From NCBI GenBank assembly GCA_041496385.1, contig JBGQEL010000013.1, positions 1-64,000 of the forward strand: a stretch of 64,000 bases of DNA, given 5' to 3'. Positions 17,661 to 26,621 of this stretch are shown in pieces. The first letter of the stretch is position 1; each line of letters starts with the position of its first letter. Made by a program: the position numbers and the translations under genes. This stretch comes from Candidatus Methylomirabilia bacterium (GTDB taxonomy: Bacteria; Methylomirabilota; Methylomirabilia; Rokubacteriales; CSP1-6). The notes under the pieces were generated by a model. The model was not told the DNA's origin. It worked only from the letters and a program-made list of their open reading frames with translations, and did no database searches.

Positions 17661-18629
17661 ATGATCACGGACGTCCCCGGAGTCTCAGTGGGCCACGCGT
17701 CCGATCCCGTCGCGCTCACCGGCGTCACCGTCGTCGTCACCGATCGTCCCGCGACCTGCGGCGTCGAGCTGCGCGGCGGCGCCAACGACGTCGTCGGCCT
17801 CGATTTCCTCGACCCGCGCCACCTGGTGCCGGTCGTCGACGCCGTCGTGCTCGGCGGCGGCAGCCGCTTCGGCGAGGAGGCGATCGCCGGCGTCATGCGC
17901 TGGCTCGAGGCGCGCGGCGCCGGCTTCGCTGCGGGGTCGGCCGTCGTGCCGCACGTGCCGGGCGCGTTCCTGTTCGACCTCAACGTCGGCGACGGGCGCG
18001 TCCGCCCCACCCGCGAGATGGGCTACGACGCCGCTGCGCGCGCGGCCCGCGGCACGGTGGGCGAAGGCAGCGTCGGCGCGGGCACGGGCGCGAGCGTTGG
18101 CAAGCTCCACGGCATCGCGCGCGCGATGCGTGGCGGGGTCGGCACCGCCAGCGCGCGCGTGGACGAGGCGATCGTCGGCGCGCTCGTCGCGGTCAACGCG
18201 GTCGGTGACGTGCGCGATCCCGACACCGGCGCACTCATCGCCGGCGCGCGCGACGCCGCGGGCGGCCGCCGGCTCATCGACACGGCGCGCGCGCTCCAGG
18301 CCGGCGGCGCGCTCGGACGCTTCGCCACGCCCGAACCGTCCGCCGCGATCCAGCACACGACGATCGGTGTCGTCGCGACCAACGCGCGGCTCACGCGCGC
18401 GGAGGCGGGCAAGCTCGCCTCGCTCGCCATGCTCGGCTTCGCGCGCGCGCTCTCGCCGCCCCACACGGCGTTCGACGGCGACACGCTCTTCGCCCTGTCG
18501 GTCGACGACGTGCCGGCCGATCTCACGCGCCTCGGTCTGGCCGCCGCCGATGCCGTCGCGCGCGCGATCTGCCGCGGCGTGCGCGCCGCGACCTCGCTCC
18601 CCTCCCTGCCCGCCGCGCGTGACCTATAG
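17661..18629 (+). CDS. P1/S58 family peptidase (DmpA-like)
   Basis: ITDVPGVSVGH, TGVTVV, EGSVGAGTG, VNAVGD, HTTIGVVATNA, PHTAFDGDTLF. Confidence 0.88.
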   Translation: MITDVPGVSVGHASDPVALTGVTVVVTDRPATCGVELRGGANDVVGLDFLDPRHLVPVVDAVVLGGGSRFGEEAIAGVMRWLEARGAGFAAGSAVVPHVPGAFLFDLNVGDGRVRPTREMGYDAAARAARGTVGEGSVGAGTGASVGKLHGIARAMRGGVGTASARVDEAIVGALVAVNAVGDVRDPDTGALIAGARDAAGGRRLIDTARALQAGGALGRFATPEPSAAIQHTTIGVVATNARLTRAEAGKLASLAMLGFARALSPPHTAFDGDTLFALSVDDVPADLTRLGLAAADAVARAICRGVRAATSLPSLPAARDL

Positions 18630-18637
18630 TCGCCGGC

Positions 18638-18666
18638 TTGACGCGTTCCAAGGCCCCGGATAGAGT
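18638..18666 (+). promoter_or_regulatory. sigma70-type promoter
   Basis: TTGACG-17 nt-TAGAGT. Confidence 0.7.
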
Positions 18667-18729
18667 CCTGTCACCTCCAGCTGACGACTCCCGAACCCGT
18701 GTCGGAGCGTTGGAGCGAAAGGTGTTCCG

Positions 18730-20073
18730 GTGATGCGCGTCAGGTTCTGGGGAACTCGAGGCTCGCTGGCCAAGCCGGGCCCGACGACCGTCCGGTACGG
18801 CGGCAACACCTCCTGCGTCGAGGTGCGCGGACCCGGCGGCGAGATCATCGTCCTCGATTGCGGCACCGGCGCCCACGACCTCGGCCGCGCCCTGCTCGCG
18901 TCGGGCTCCGCGCCACTCCGCGGTCATCTGCTCATCACGCATACCCACTGGGACCACATCCAGGGGCTGCCGTTCTTCGCGCCGCTCTTCTCAGGGGACA
19001 GCGCGTGGGACATCTACGGGCCGCAGCGCGTCGGCCAGCGCCTGGAGGCCACGCTGGCCGGCCAGATGGAGTTCGCCTACTTTCCCATCACGCTCGGCCA
19101 GCTCGGCGCGACGATCCGTTATCACGAGCTCGCCGAGACCTCGTTCGACATCGGCGCCGTGCGAATCACGACGCGCTATATGAACCACCCGGGGCTGGCG
19201 ATGGGCTATCGCCTCGAAGCGGGCGGCGTCGCGGTGGTCTATGCGACCGATCACGAGCCGCACTCGCGCCACCAGTCCGTCGTGACGGGCGCGGGCGGCG
19301 CGATTCATCCCGAGGATCGCCGCCACGTCGAGTTCCTCGCCGGGGCCGACCTCGTCGTCCATGACGCCCAGTACACGCTCGAGGAGTACCCCAGCAAGCT
19401 GACGTGGGGACACACGCCGGCCGAGTGGGCCGTCGATTTCGCGCTGGCCGGCGGCGTCCGGCGACTGGCGCTCTTCCACCACGATCCCGGCCGCACCGAC
19501 GAGGCCGTCGACCGGCTGGTCGAGGCGTGCCGCGCCCGCGTCGCCGCCGCCGGTGGCACGCTCGACGTGATCGCCGCGGCGGAGGCGCTCGAGATCGAGG
19601 TCTCGGCGCGAACTCCCCACACCGTGTCTGTCGAACGGAGTGAGCCTCGCGGGGCCGGGCACGAGGCCGCGACGCCACGATCCACGACGATTCTCATCGT
19701 GGATGACGACCCGGAGGTCGTCGACCTCCTCGTCGGGACGCTGGAGCCCGAGGGCTTCCGGCTGCTGTCAGCCCCTGACGGCGAATCCGCCCTGCGGATC
19801 GCGCGCAGGGAGCGGCCGGATCTCCTCCTGCTCGACTGGAGTATGCCGGAGCGCAATGGCCTCGAGGTCTGCCGCGCGCTTCGCGCCGATTCCGACCCGC
19901 ACCTTCGCGGCGTACCCGTCATCTTCCTGACCGCCCGCATTGACGCAGACGAGACCGCCCAGGGCTTCCAGGCTGGAGCGACCGACTACCTGACGAAGCC
20001 GTTCAAGCCGACTCAGGTGCGCGCGAGGGTGCACGCGTGGCTCCTCCGCCATCAGGCGCCGCGACGGGGTTGA
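18730..20073 (+). CDS. MBL-fold metallo-hydrolase (RNase Z-like) with C-terminal receiver domain
   Basis: FWGTRGS, YGGNTSC, THTHWDHIQG, HPG, TDHE, DAQY, WGH, FHHDP; REC: ILIVDDD, LLDWSMP, FLTA, KPF. Confidence 0.9.
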   Translation: MMRVRFWGTRGSLAKPGPTTVRYGGNTSCVEVRGPGGEIIVLDCGTGAHDLGRALLASGSAPLRGHLLITHTHWDHIQGLPFFAPLFSGDSAWDIYGPQRVGQRLEATLAGQMEFAYFPITLGQLGATIRYHELAETSFDIGAVRITTRYMNHPGLAMGYRLEAGGVAVVYATDHEPHSRHQSVVTGAGGAIHPEDRRHVEFLAGADLVVHDAQYTLEEYPSKLTWGHTPAEWAVDFALAGGVRRLALFHHDPGRTDEAVDRLVEACRARVAAAGGTLDVIAAAEALEIEVSARTPHTVSVERSEPRGAGHEAATPRSTTILIVDDDPEVVDLLVGTLEPEGFRLLSAPDGESALRIARRERPDLLLLDWSMPERNGLEVCRALRADSDPHLRGVPVIFLTARIDADETAQGFQAGATDYLTKPFKPTQVRARVHAWLLRHQAPRRG

Positions 20074-20098
20074 TCGGCGCGCCCGCGCCGCGCGCCGC

Positions 20099-20842
20099 CT
20101 ACCCGCGCACCCAGCCCCAGGCCGTGTAGCCCAGCAGCGCGGCGACGAGCCAGAGGCCGCGGCGCACGCGCGCCGCCTGCGCCTGGTCGAGCGGGCCCAG
20201 CACTACCGGATGCAGCCGCCGCGCGAGCAGCGCGCCGCCGAGGGCGCCGCCGACGTGGGCGCCGTTGTCGATGTACGGATTCATGAGGCCCCCGGCGATC
20301 GTGAAGATGGCCCAGATCAGCAGCACGAAGCCGGTGCGCCGGTCGCGGATCAGGAGCCGGTCGCGGTGCGCGCGGAAGAGCACGATCGCGGCGCCCTGCA
20401 GTCCGAAGATCGCGCCCGAGGCGCCGACCGACGGCCCCGCGCTGGTCGCGAGGCTCACCACCGACCCCGCGAGCCCGCTCAGCACGTAGAGCACGATGAA
20501 CTGGCCCCGGCCGAACGCGTGCTCGCACACCATCCCGAGGATGAACAGCGCGACGGCGTTGCCGACCAGGTGCTCGAAGCCGCCGTGGAGCAGCGGCGCG
20601 CTCAGCAGGCGCCAGTACTGTCCCGCGGCCACGCCCTCGCGCACGAGCGCGCCCATCGCGACGATGCTCGTGCGCGACTGGAGGGCGCCCAGCCGGACCT
20701 CGAGGACGAAGATCAGGACCAGCACGCCGATGATCACGGCCGTGACGGGCGGGAAGCGCCGCATGCGCCGCTCGAAGTCGATGCGGCGCGAGAGCAGCAT
20801 CTCCGGCGTGATGCGGAGCGGCGGCTCGGGCGCCCAGCTCAC
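20099..20842 (-). CDS. rhomboid family intramembrane serine protease
   Basis: WRLLSAPLLHGGFEHLVGN, VGASGAIFG, AHVGGA; GTG start overlapping the upstream TGA. Confidence 0.9.
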   Translation of the reverse strand: MSWAPEPPLRITPEMLLSRRIDFERRMRRFPPVTAVIIGVLVLIFVLEVRLGALQSRTSIVAMGALVREGVAAGQYWRLLSAPLLHGGFEHLVGNAVALFILGMVCEHAFGRGQFIVLYVLSGLAGSVVSLATSAGPSVGASGAIFGLQGAAIVLFRAHRDRLLIRDRRTGFVLLIWAIFTIAGGLMNPYIDNGAHVGGALGGALLARRLHPVVLGPLDQAQAARVRRGLWLVAALLGYTAWGWVRG

Positions 20843-21735
20843 CGCCGCTCTCCGGTGTCGAGCATGATGCCCAGCGCCACCGCGATGCGCCGGTCGAAGG
20901 TCCGCTCGCCGTCCGCCGTGAGGTCGAGGACGTAGCGGTCGAGCAGCGTGAATTTCCGGTTGAACTCGCCGAAGACCTCCTCGTCCGCGCCACGGACGAA
21001 GATGAAGTTCGTCCGGAGGAAGCCGAAGAAGGGGCCGAGCACCCGACGGAGCAGCGACAGGACGACGGAGTCCTCGATCGCCATCGCGAGCGGCTGCCCG
21101 CTCGCGGTCTCGACGTACCAGCGCTTGCGCACGACGTTGTGGATGTAGGTCTTGCGCAGGCGCGCGAGCGGCTCGCCGGTCTTCCCGAGCACCGTGTAGG
21201 TGCGCGTGAGGAGCGCGACCCGCTGGTCCTGCAGCACGCGCAGCAGCACCTCGACGCGCGAGTCGTCGCGATAGACGGTGACGTGGCGCAGGGGTCGAAG
21301 CGACATGGACACCACGAGAAAGCCGAGGAAGGCCAGCGGATAGGCGAGCAGCACGCCCAGGACGCGCGCGAGCCGGCCGGCCAGCCGCACGCCGGCGACG
21401 ATCCAGCCGAGCACGAAGAACCCGGCGACGAGGCCCAGCGCGTACGCGGCCAGCGTGCGGAGGGGATAGGTCGGACGCTCGACGTAGAGGACCGGGGTGC
21501 CGTCCTGGGCCCAGACCTCGTACTTCGTCCGGATCGTGAAGAGGCGCTCGCGCAGCAGGAACACGTCGCGGTCGAACGCGGGGTCCACGTCGGCCGCCGG
21601 CGCGCGCGGCGTCCCGGGCGGCGCGCCCGCGCGCAGACGGCGGCCGCACACCGGGCACTCGAGGAGCCGGCCCGCGTACTCGGGCTTGAGCTCGTAGACC
21701 TCTCCGCAGGGGCAGGCGACGACGACGCCGGTCAC
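20839..21735 (-). CDS. Zn-ribbon + scramblase/LURP-one (tubby-like) domain protein with 2 TM
   Basis: CPCG...CPVC N-terminus; RKFTLLDRYVLD and FDRRIAVALGIMLD C-terminus; GTG overlaps the upstream TAG. Confidence 0.7.
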   Translation of the reverse strand: MTGVVVACPCGEVYELKPEYAGRLLECPVCGRRLRAGAPPGTPRAPAADVDPAFDRDVFLLRERLFTIRTKYEVWAQDGTPVLYVERPTYPLRTLAAYALGLVAGFFVLGWIVAGVRLAGRLARVLGVLLAYPLAFLGFLVVSMSLRPLRHVTVYRDDSRVEVLLRVLQDQRVALLTRTYTVLGKTGEPLARLRKTYIHNVVRKRWYVETASGQPLAMAIEDSVVLSLLRRVLGPFFGFLRTNFIFVRGADEEVFGEFNRKFTLLDRYVLDLTADGERTFDRRIAVALGIMLDTGERR

Positions 21736-23030
21736 TACTCCTCGCCGGTCTTCGGGCGCAGCTCGTCCCTCGCGGCGGCGTGGCGCTCGGCCAGCGCGCG
21801 GACCTCGGCGAGCCGGTCGGGCCGGTGGGTGAAGCGCGGATCGCTCGTGTAGGCGCTCCAGGCCGCCATGTAGTCCGGCCTGGAGAGGGCGAGCGCGAAG
21901 TCGGAGATCTGCGCGGGGTTCGCCAGGTCGGCCATGATGGCGACCTCGTTGTGGACGCCGGGGTTCCGGCCGTCGAGGAACGCCTTCAGCGAGGCCGGCT
22001 TCGGCCCGTGCGGCAGCCCGACCGGATGGAGCGTCACCATCCCGCTCGTGACCACGCCGCCCGCGCTGAAGAAGTCGCCGAAGTGGTAGCCGAGCGTCTC
22101 GAGGTAGTCGAGGTTCTTGTGGAAGAACGGCAGCCACATGGCTTCCTTCTCGACCGAGCGCACGGTGAAGACGCAGAGGTAGCAGCCCGGGAGCCTGAAG
22201 ATCGTGTGGCCCGAGGGCGGGACGTGCGAGCGGTCGGCGACGAGCGGGCGCACGTCCTCGACGGCGAACCGGTACGGCAGGTAGTCGCCGCGCCAGCCGA
22301 TCGCGTCGAACGGATGTGTCGGATGCACGCGCCGCGTGTAGATCTCGCCGACCTTCGAGACGATCTCGAAGCGCCCGGCCTCGTTGCGCGGGTCGAGCGT
22401 CCGCGGGAACTTGTAGTCGCTGCGGCTGTGCGTGATGAACTGGCCCGTCGTGGGCGACTCGGACTTCTCGGGGTCGCCGGCGAACGACTCGTAGACCCAG
22501 TAGTACTGGGGACCGGGTGCCTGCTCGAAGCGGTGTGTGACCCCCTTGGGGATGACGAGGAAGTCGCCCTTGCGAAACTCGATCGGGCCGAAGGTCGTCT
22601 CGAGCGTGCCGCCGCCCTCGTGGACGAAGACGACGAGCGTCGCGCCGTGGTGCTCGAAGAAGTAGTCCATGGGCGCGCGCGGCGCCGTCACGCTCATCGT
22701 CACCGTCGCGTTCGCGACGAGCCGCGCCATGCCGCGATAGACGTCGCGCGGCTCGGCCGGCGCCGTCACGTCGAGCGCGTGGTGGACGCCACCGATCGGG
22801 CGGAGCGGTGACTCCCAGTGCGGGGCCCAGGCGCGCCCGTCGAGCCCGCGCGTCTCCTCCGGCAGCCAGTTGTTCGGCGGGTAGAGGTGGTAGCTGTGCG
22901 TGACCTTGCCGGCGAACCCGCCCCGGCCGTGCTCGAGCTCGTAGACGTGGCGCAGCAGCGGGCCCGCGTGGGGCGCGCGCGGGACGATCCCGGCCTCGGG
23001 CGTTCCGCTGAAGTACTCGAACTTTTCCAT
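21735..23030 (-). CDS. hmgA: homogentisate 1,2-dioxygenase-like cupin
   Basis: HPFDAIGWRG, HVPPSGH, PFFHKN..E, TLHPVGLPHGP, EVAIMAD. Confidence 0.75.
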   Translation of the reverse strand: MEKFEYFSGTPEAGIVPRAPHAGPLLRHVYELEHGRGGFAGKVTHSYHLYPPNNWLPEETRGLDGRAWAPHWESPLRPIGGVHHALDVTAPAEPRDVYRGMARLVANATVTMSVTAPRAPMDYFFEHHGATLVVFVHEGGGTLETTFGPIEFRKGDFLVIPKGVTHRFEQAPGPQYYWVYESFAGDPEKSESPTTGQFITHSRSDYKFPRTLDPRNEAGRFEIVSKVGEIYTRRVHPTHPFDAIGWRGDYLPYRFAVEDVRPLVADRSHVPPSGHTIFRLPGCYLCVFTVRSVEKEAMWLPFFHKNLDYLETLGYHFGDFFSAGGVVTSGMVTLHPVGLPHGPKPASLKAFLDGRNPGVHNEVAIMADLANPAQISDFALALSRPDYMAAWSAYTSDPRFTHRPDRLAEVRALAERHAAARDELRPKTGEE

Positions 23031-23072
23031 ATGAGGCCTCCCGCCGGCTGAGTGGCCCGATTATACTGCTCG

Positions 23073-23366
23073 GTGCACATGCGACGGCGCGGGAAGGTGA
23101 TCCCATTTCCGACACGGCCGGCCGAGCCGCACGACGAGCGTCAGCTCGTCGAGGTCCATCGCTGCGACCGGGCCGAGGCCGTCGTGGTGAAGGGCCTACT
23201 CGAGAGCGAGGGCATCCCCGTGCTCCTCCGCTCCCGCCTGGCCCACTCGGTCCACCCGTTCACGGTCGGCGCGCAGGGCGAGGTCGTGATCCTCGTCCCG
23301 GGGAGCCTGGCCCAGCGGAGCCGCCTGCTCCTCGCCCGCACCGCCCCCGGCCCGAACTCTCCCTAG
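23073..23366 (+). CDS. DUF2007 (putative signal-transducing) protein
   Basis: EAVVVKGLLESEGIPV...GEVVILVP; start GTG 23073 or ATG 23079. Confidence 0.75.
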   Translation: MHMRRRGKVIPFPTRPAEPHDERQLVEVHRCDRAEAVVVKGLLESEGIPVLLRSRLAHSVHPFTVGAQGEVVILVPGSLAQRSRLLLARTAPGPNSP

Positions 23367-23381
23367 ATCCCGTTCTCGACG

Positions 23382-23580
23382 TCACGTCACGTGGCCGTTG
23401 CTCAGGCCGGCGGGGGCGTGCGGTAGGGGTCGGAAGGACCACGCGGTTTGCGTTCGCTGCCCCCCTATAGCTGGGCTCCATCAGGGCGCGCTGTGCCCGT
23501 CTACGCGTTGGCGGGAACGGGTCCTCTCGACCCCTATCGCACGCCCCCGCCGGCCTCAGCGCGCGGCGATCGTGACGTGA
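23382..23580. repeat. structured intergenic element E2 (about 200-nt hairpin with the same core as E1)
   Basis: 23400-23432 pairs with 23528-23560 (1 mismatch, 1 G-T); 23382-23391 pairs perfectly with 23571-23580. Confidence 0.85.
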
Positions 23581-23605
23581 ATTCTCGTCGTTCGCGGATG
23601 AAGCG

Positions 23606-24403
23606 CTAGGCGGCGGAGATCACGGCGCGGAGCGCTCGCGACGTGAGCTCCAGCGCGCGCGGGTCCAGCGTGGCGAGCGTGTCGCGCGGGGTGTGGTAGG
23701 TGTCGAACGGCACGGGGCGGCGCAGGAGAAGGCGCAGCGCGCCCCACGCGGGATGGAAGATGAACTGCCGGAGCGCCGGGGCGTTCGCCCGCGGCACCAC
23801 GGTGAGGCCGTAGGCGGGGACGCCGGCGGCGGCGAAGGCGCGGTGATCGCTGCCGAAGCGCGGGATGCGCCCGACCACGTGGTAGCCGTCGTCGGCCCTG
23901 AGCCCGAGCGACTCCAGCGCGCCCCGCACGGTCTCCCTGAAAGGCGTCTCCTCGGCCGCGTCCCAGACCACGAGGCTGTCGCCGACGCCGCAGAGCTCGA
24001 GGCTCAGGACTCCCGCGATCCCGGCCACGCCCCGGTCGCGCACGTACTCGCGCGCCCCGAGGTACTCCAGCTCCTCGCACGCGGTGAAGAGCAGCCGGAC
24101 GCCGAGGCCGGGGGGGATCGCGGGCTCGAGCCGCTCCAGGAGCGACATGAGAATACCGACGGCGGCGGCGTTGTCGTTGGCGCCCGGGCTGCCGGGCACC
24201 GCGTCGTGGTGGGCGCAGAGGACGAGGAGGCGCGCGCCCGAGCCGACATCCACCGCGAAGCTCTCGCCCCGGCCCTGCGGCGTCTCGAACCGGTGGCGCG
24301 TCAGGGGCACGCCGCGCGACGCGAGCCACCGGGCCACGGCGGCCTCGCGCTCGGCGTTCGACGCGCCCGCGAGGAGCCGCGCGACCGCGAGCGCGTCCGT
24401 CAC
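23606..24403 (-). CDS. M28 family metallopeptidase
   Basis: CAHHD, GANDNAA, CEE, SDH, YHTPRD; GTGA overlap with tatD. Confidence 0.85.
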   Translation of the reverse strand: MTDALAVARLLAGASNAEREAAVARWLASRGVPLTRHRFETPQGRGESFAVDVGSGARLLVLCAHHDAVPGSPGANDNAAAVGILMSLLERLEPAIPPGLGVRLLFTACEELEYLGAREYVRDRGVAGIAGVLSLELCGVGDSLVVWDAAEETPFRETVRGALESLGLRADDGYHVVGRIPRFGSDHRAFAAAGVPAYGLTVVPRANAPALRQFIFHPAWGALRLLLRRPVPFDTYHTPRDTLATLDPRALELTSRALRAVISAA

Positions 24404-25176
24404 GGAATACGCAGGAGCGTCCGGGCGTTCTCCGCCATGCGTGCGCCGAGCGCCTCGAGCGGCTCGGCCCGCAGCTCGGCGACGCGCGCGGCGGTGAGCG
24501 CCAGGTACGCGGGCTCGTTGCGCTTGCCGCGGTGGGGCTGGGGCGGCAGGAACGGGCAGTCGGTCTCGACGACGAGGCCGTCGCCGGGAACGAATTTCGC
24601 GACGTCGGGCAGCGCCCGCGCCTTCGGGTAGGTCACGGGCCCCGCGAGCGAGACGAGGAGTCCGAGATCGAGGCAGCGCCGGGCGATCGCGACGTCGCCG
24701 GAGAAGCAGTGCATGATGCCGCGCGTCTCCATCACGCGCTCCTCGGCCAGGATCGCCAGCGTCTCTTCGTGGGCGTCGCGGCAGTGCACGAGGACGGGCT
24801 TGCGCACGCGCCGGGCGAGCAGGAGCTGGGCGCGGAAACAGCGCTCCTGGGCCTCGCGCGGCGAGAGATTTCTGAAGAAGTCCAGGCCGCATTCGCCGAT
24901 GGCGACGACGCGGGGCGCCGCCGCGAGGCCCTCGATCTCCGCCAGCGCGGCCTCGTCCGCGTGGGCGGCGTCGTGAGGATGGAAGCCGACGGCCGCCCAG
25001 ATGTCGGCCTCGCGCGCGGCCAGCGCCACCGCCGCGCGCGAGGACTCGACGTCGGTACCGATGGTCAGCATGCGCCGCACCCCTGCCTCCCGCGCGCGCG
25101 CGAGCACCGCGTCGAGGTCGCCCGCGAACTCCGGGAAGTGCAGGTGCGTGTGCGTGTCGAAGAGGTCGAGCGTCAC
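24400..25176 (-). CDS. tatD: TatD family deoxyribonuclease
   Basis: DTHTHL, GFHPH, IGECGLDF, VHCRDA, HCFSG, ETDCPFL, GKRNEP. Confidence 0.93.
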   Translation of the reverse strand: MTLDLFDTHTHLHFPEFAGDLDAVLARAREAGVRRMLTIGTDVESSRAAVALAAREADIWAAVGFHPHDAAHADEAALAEIEGLAAAPRVVAIGECGLDFFRNLSPREAQERCFRAQLLLARRVRKPVLVHCRDAHEETLAILAEERVMETRGIMHCFSGDVAIARRCLDLGLLVSLAGPVTYPKARALPDVAKFVPGDGLVVETDCPFLPPQPHRGKRNEPAYLALTAARVAELRAEPLEALGARMAENARTLLRIP

Positions 25177-25586
25177 ATCGCTCCGAGCACCGCCGCGGCC
25201 TTCTTGACGGCGCCCGGCTTCACCCAGAGGATGGCGCCCCAGCGCCCGGCGCCCGCCGCGCAGGCGTCCATCGCGGTCACGTTGACCTTCGCGGCGGCGA
25301 GCTTGCCGAGAACCTCGGCGCAGGCGCCGATGCGGTCGTCGCCCTCGATGATGAAGCAGCGCTTGGGCCCCTTGATCTTCAGCTTCATCAGCTTGGCGAC
25401 GGCCCTGAAGGCGGCCGGGTCCATCGGGACGAAGTCGAGCTGCGCGCCGCGGCCCTCGGGGAAGCCCGAGTAGGCGACGAGGTTCACGCCGCCGCTCCGG
25501 AATTCGTCGAGGATGCGCGCGCCCTCGCCGGGCTTGTCGGGCACCATCGTGTAGAAGTAGTCCATGAGTCTCGCCGTCTCAGCCAT
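25173..25586 (-). CDS. tandem ACT-like domain protein
   Basis: VPDKPGEGA..GVNL and GDDRIGA..KVNV repeats; SD GGAGGAG before ATG 25586. Confidence 0.7.
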   Translation of the reverse strand: MAETARLMDYFYTMVPDKPGEGARILDEFRSGGVNLVAYSGFPEGRGAQLDFVPMDPAAFRAVAKLMKLKIKGPKRCFIIEGDDRIGACAEVLGKLAAAKVNVTAMDACAAGAGRWGAILWVKPGAVKKAAAVLGAM

Positions 25587-25613
25587 GACGTTCTCCTCCA
25601 TCGGTTCTGGGTC

Positions 25614-26600
25614 TCACGGGGTCACGCGGAAGTGAAGCCGGCCGATGAGCTGCCCCGAGCTCGTCGTCACGTCCACCGTCCAGGGTCCGGTGGGATCCGC
25701 CGGGAACGCGGTCTTGCGCGAGTAGGTTCGGAACCCCTCCCGGCGGCCCCCCTGGACGGGCGAGAGGCTCACCACCTCCACCACCGTTCTGTTCCGCCGC
25801 CACACGTGGCGTACCGGCTGGGAGAGGCCCGCCGGCGCGTAGATGGCAGTGTACGCGACAAGGCCCCGCTCTTTCAGTTCGCCCGCGGGGATGGCCTCGG
25901 CGACCGGCTCGATCGAGTCGATCGCCCCGACGCTCCACGCGAGCGTGCCCCGCGCCATGAAGAGCGGCGCGGGCGGGATGAAGGGGCACCCGAGGGCGAC
26001 CGCGACCGCTGCGACCACGCCCAGCGCGACAGTCGCGCCGAGCGCGCGCGACCACGCGAGCCCGCGCGCGCGCCGGACGGCGGGCGCCAGCGCCAGCGCG
26101 GCGAGGAGCGCGCTGGCGACGAGCGACGGGAACGGCGGCAGGCCGACGAGCGGCAGCGCCACGCCGAGCGCGGCGAAGACCGAGACCACGAAGAACACGT
26201 ACCCGAGCCACGGCCGCGGGCGGACGAGCGCGCCGTACCATGGGTCGAACGTCGCGACCAGCGCCAGCGCCACGAGGAGCAGAAAGAAGGGCGCGTTCCA
26301 CGAGGTGAGCGTCGTGGCGGCCCAGTACGCGGGCAGCACGAACAGGAGCAGGCCGTGGTAGAGCGTCTGGACGGTGTAGTCCACGGCGCTCACCATCAGC
26401 CGGCGCGTCTTCGGCTCGGCGGTCTCCAGGCCGTGGCGCAGCTGCGCCAGCAGCGCGAAGACGAGCCAGAGCAGCAGCAGGTAGCCGACGATCCAGGCGA
26501 CGTGCGGCAGGCCGCGCCGGAAGACGAAGAGCGTGAAGAGGCCGCCGCCGAGCGACGCGAAGGACACGCCCCAGCGGCGGAGCCAGGCCAGGAACGGCAC
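25614..26600 (-). CDS. membrane protein, DUF5924/DUF2914 type
   Basis: Multi-TM N-terminus; C-terminal TAIYAP...HVW...GGRREGFRTYS...GPWTVDV.T..GQLIGR. Confidence 0.75.
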   Translation of the reverse strand: MPFLAWLRRWGVSFASLGGGLFTLFVFRRGLPHVAWIVGYLLLLWLVFALLAQLRHGLETAEPKTRRLMVSAVDYTVQTLYHGLLLFVLPAYWAATTLTSWNAPFFLLLVALALVATFDPWYGALVRPRPWLGYVFFVVSVFAALGVALPLVGLPPFPSLVASALLAALALAPAVRRARGLAWSRALGATVALGVVAAVAVALGCPFIPPAPLFMARGTLAWSVGAIDSIEPVAEAIPAGELKERGLVAYTAIYAPAGLSQPVRHVWRRNRTVVEVVSLSPVQGGRREGFRTYSRKTAFPADPTGPWTVDVTTSSGQLIGRLHFRVTP

Positions 26601-26621
26601 CGCGAACGTTCCGGTGGCGGG

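Noticed and set aside
23455..23490. Hammerhead ribozyme (CTGATG on the minus strand of E2)
   Set aside because: No CUGANGA/GAAA core, and the motif is not conserved in E1.
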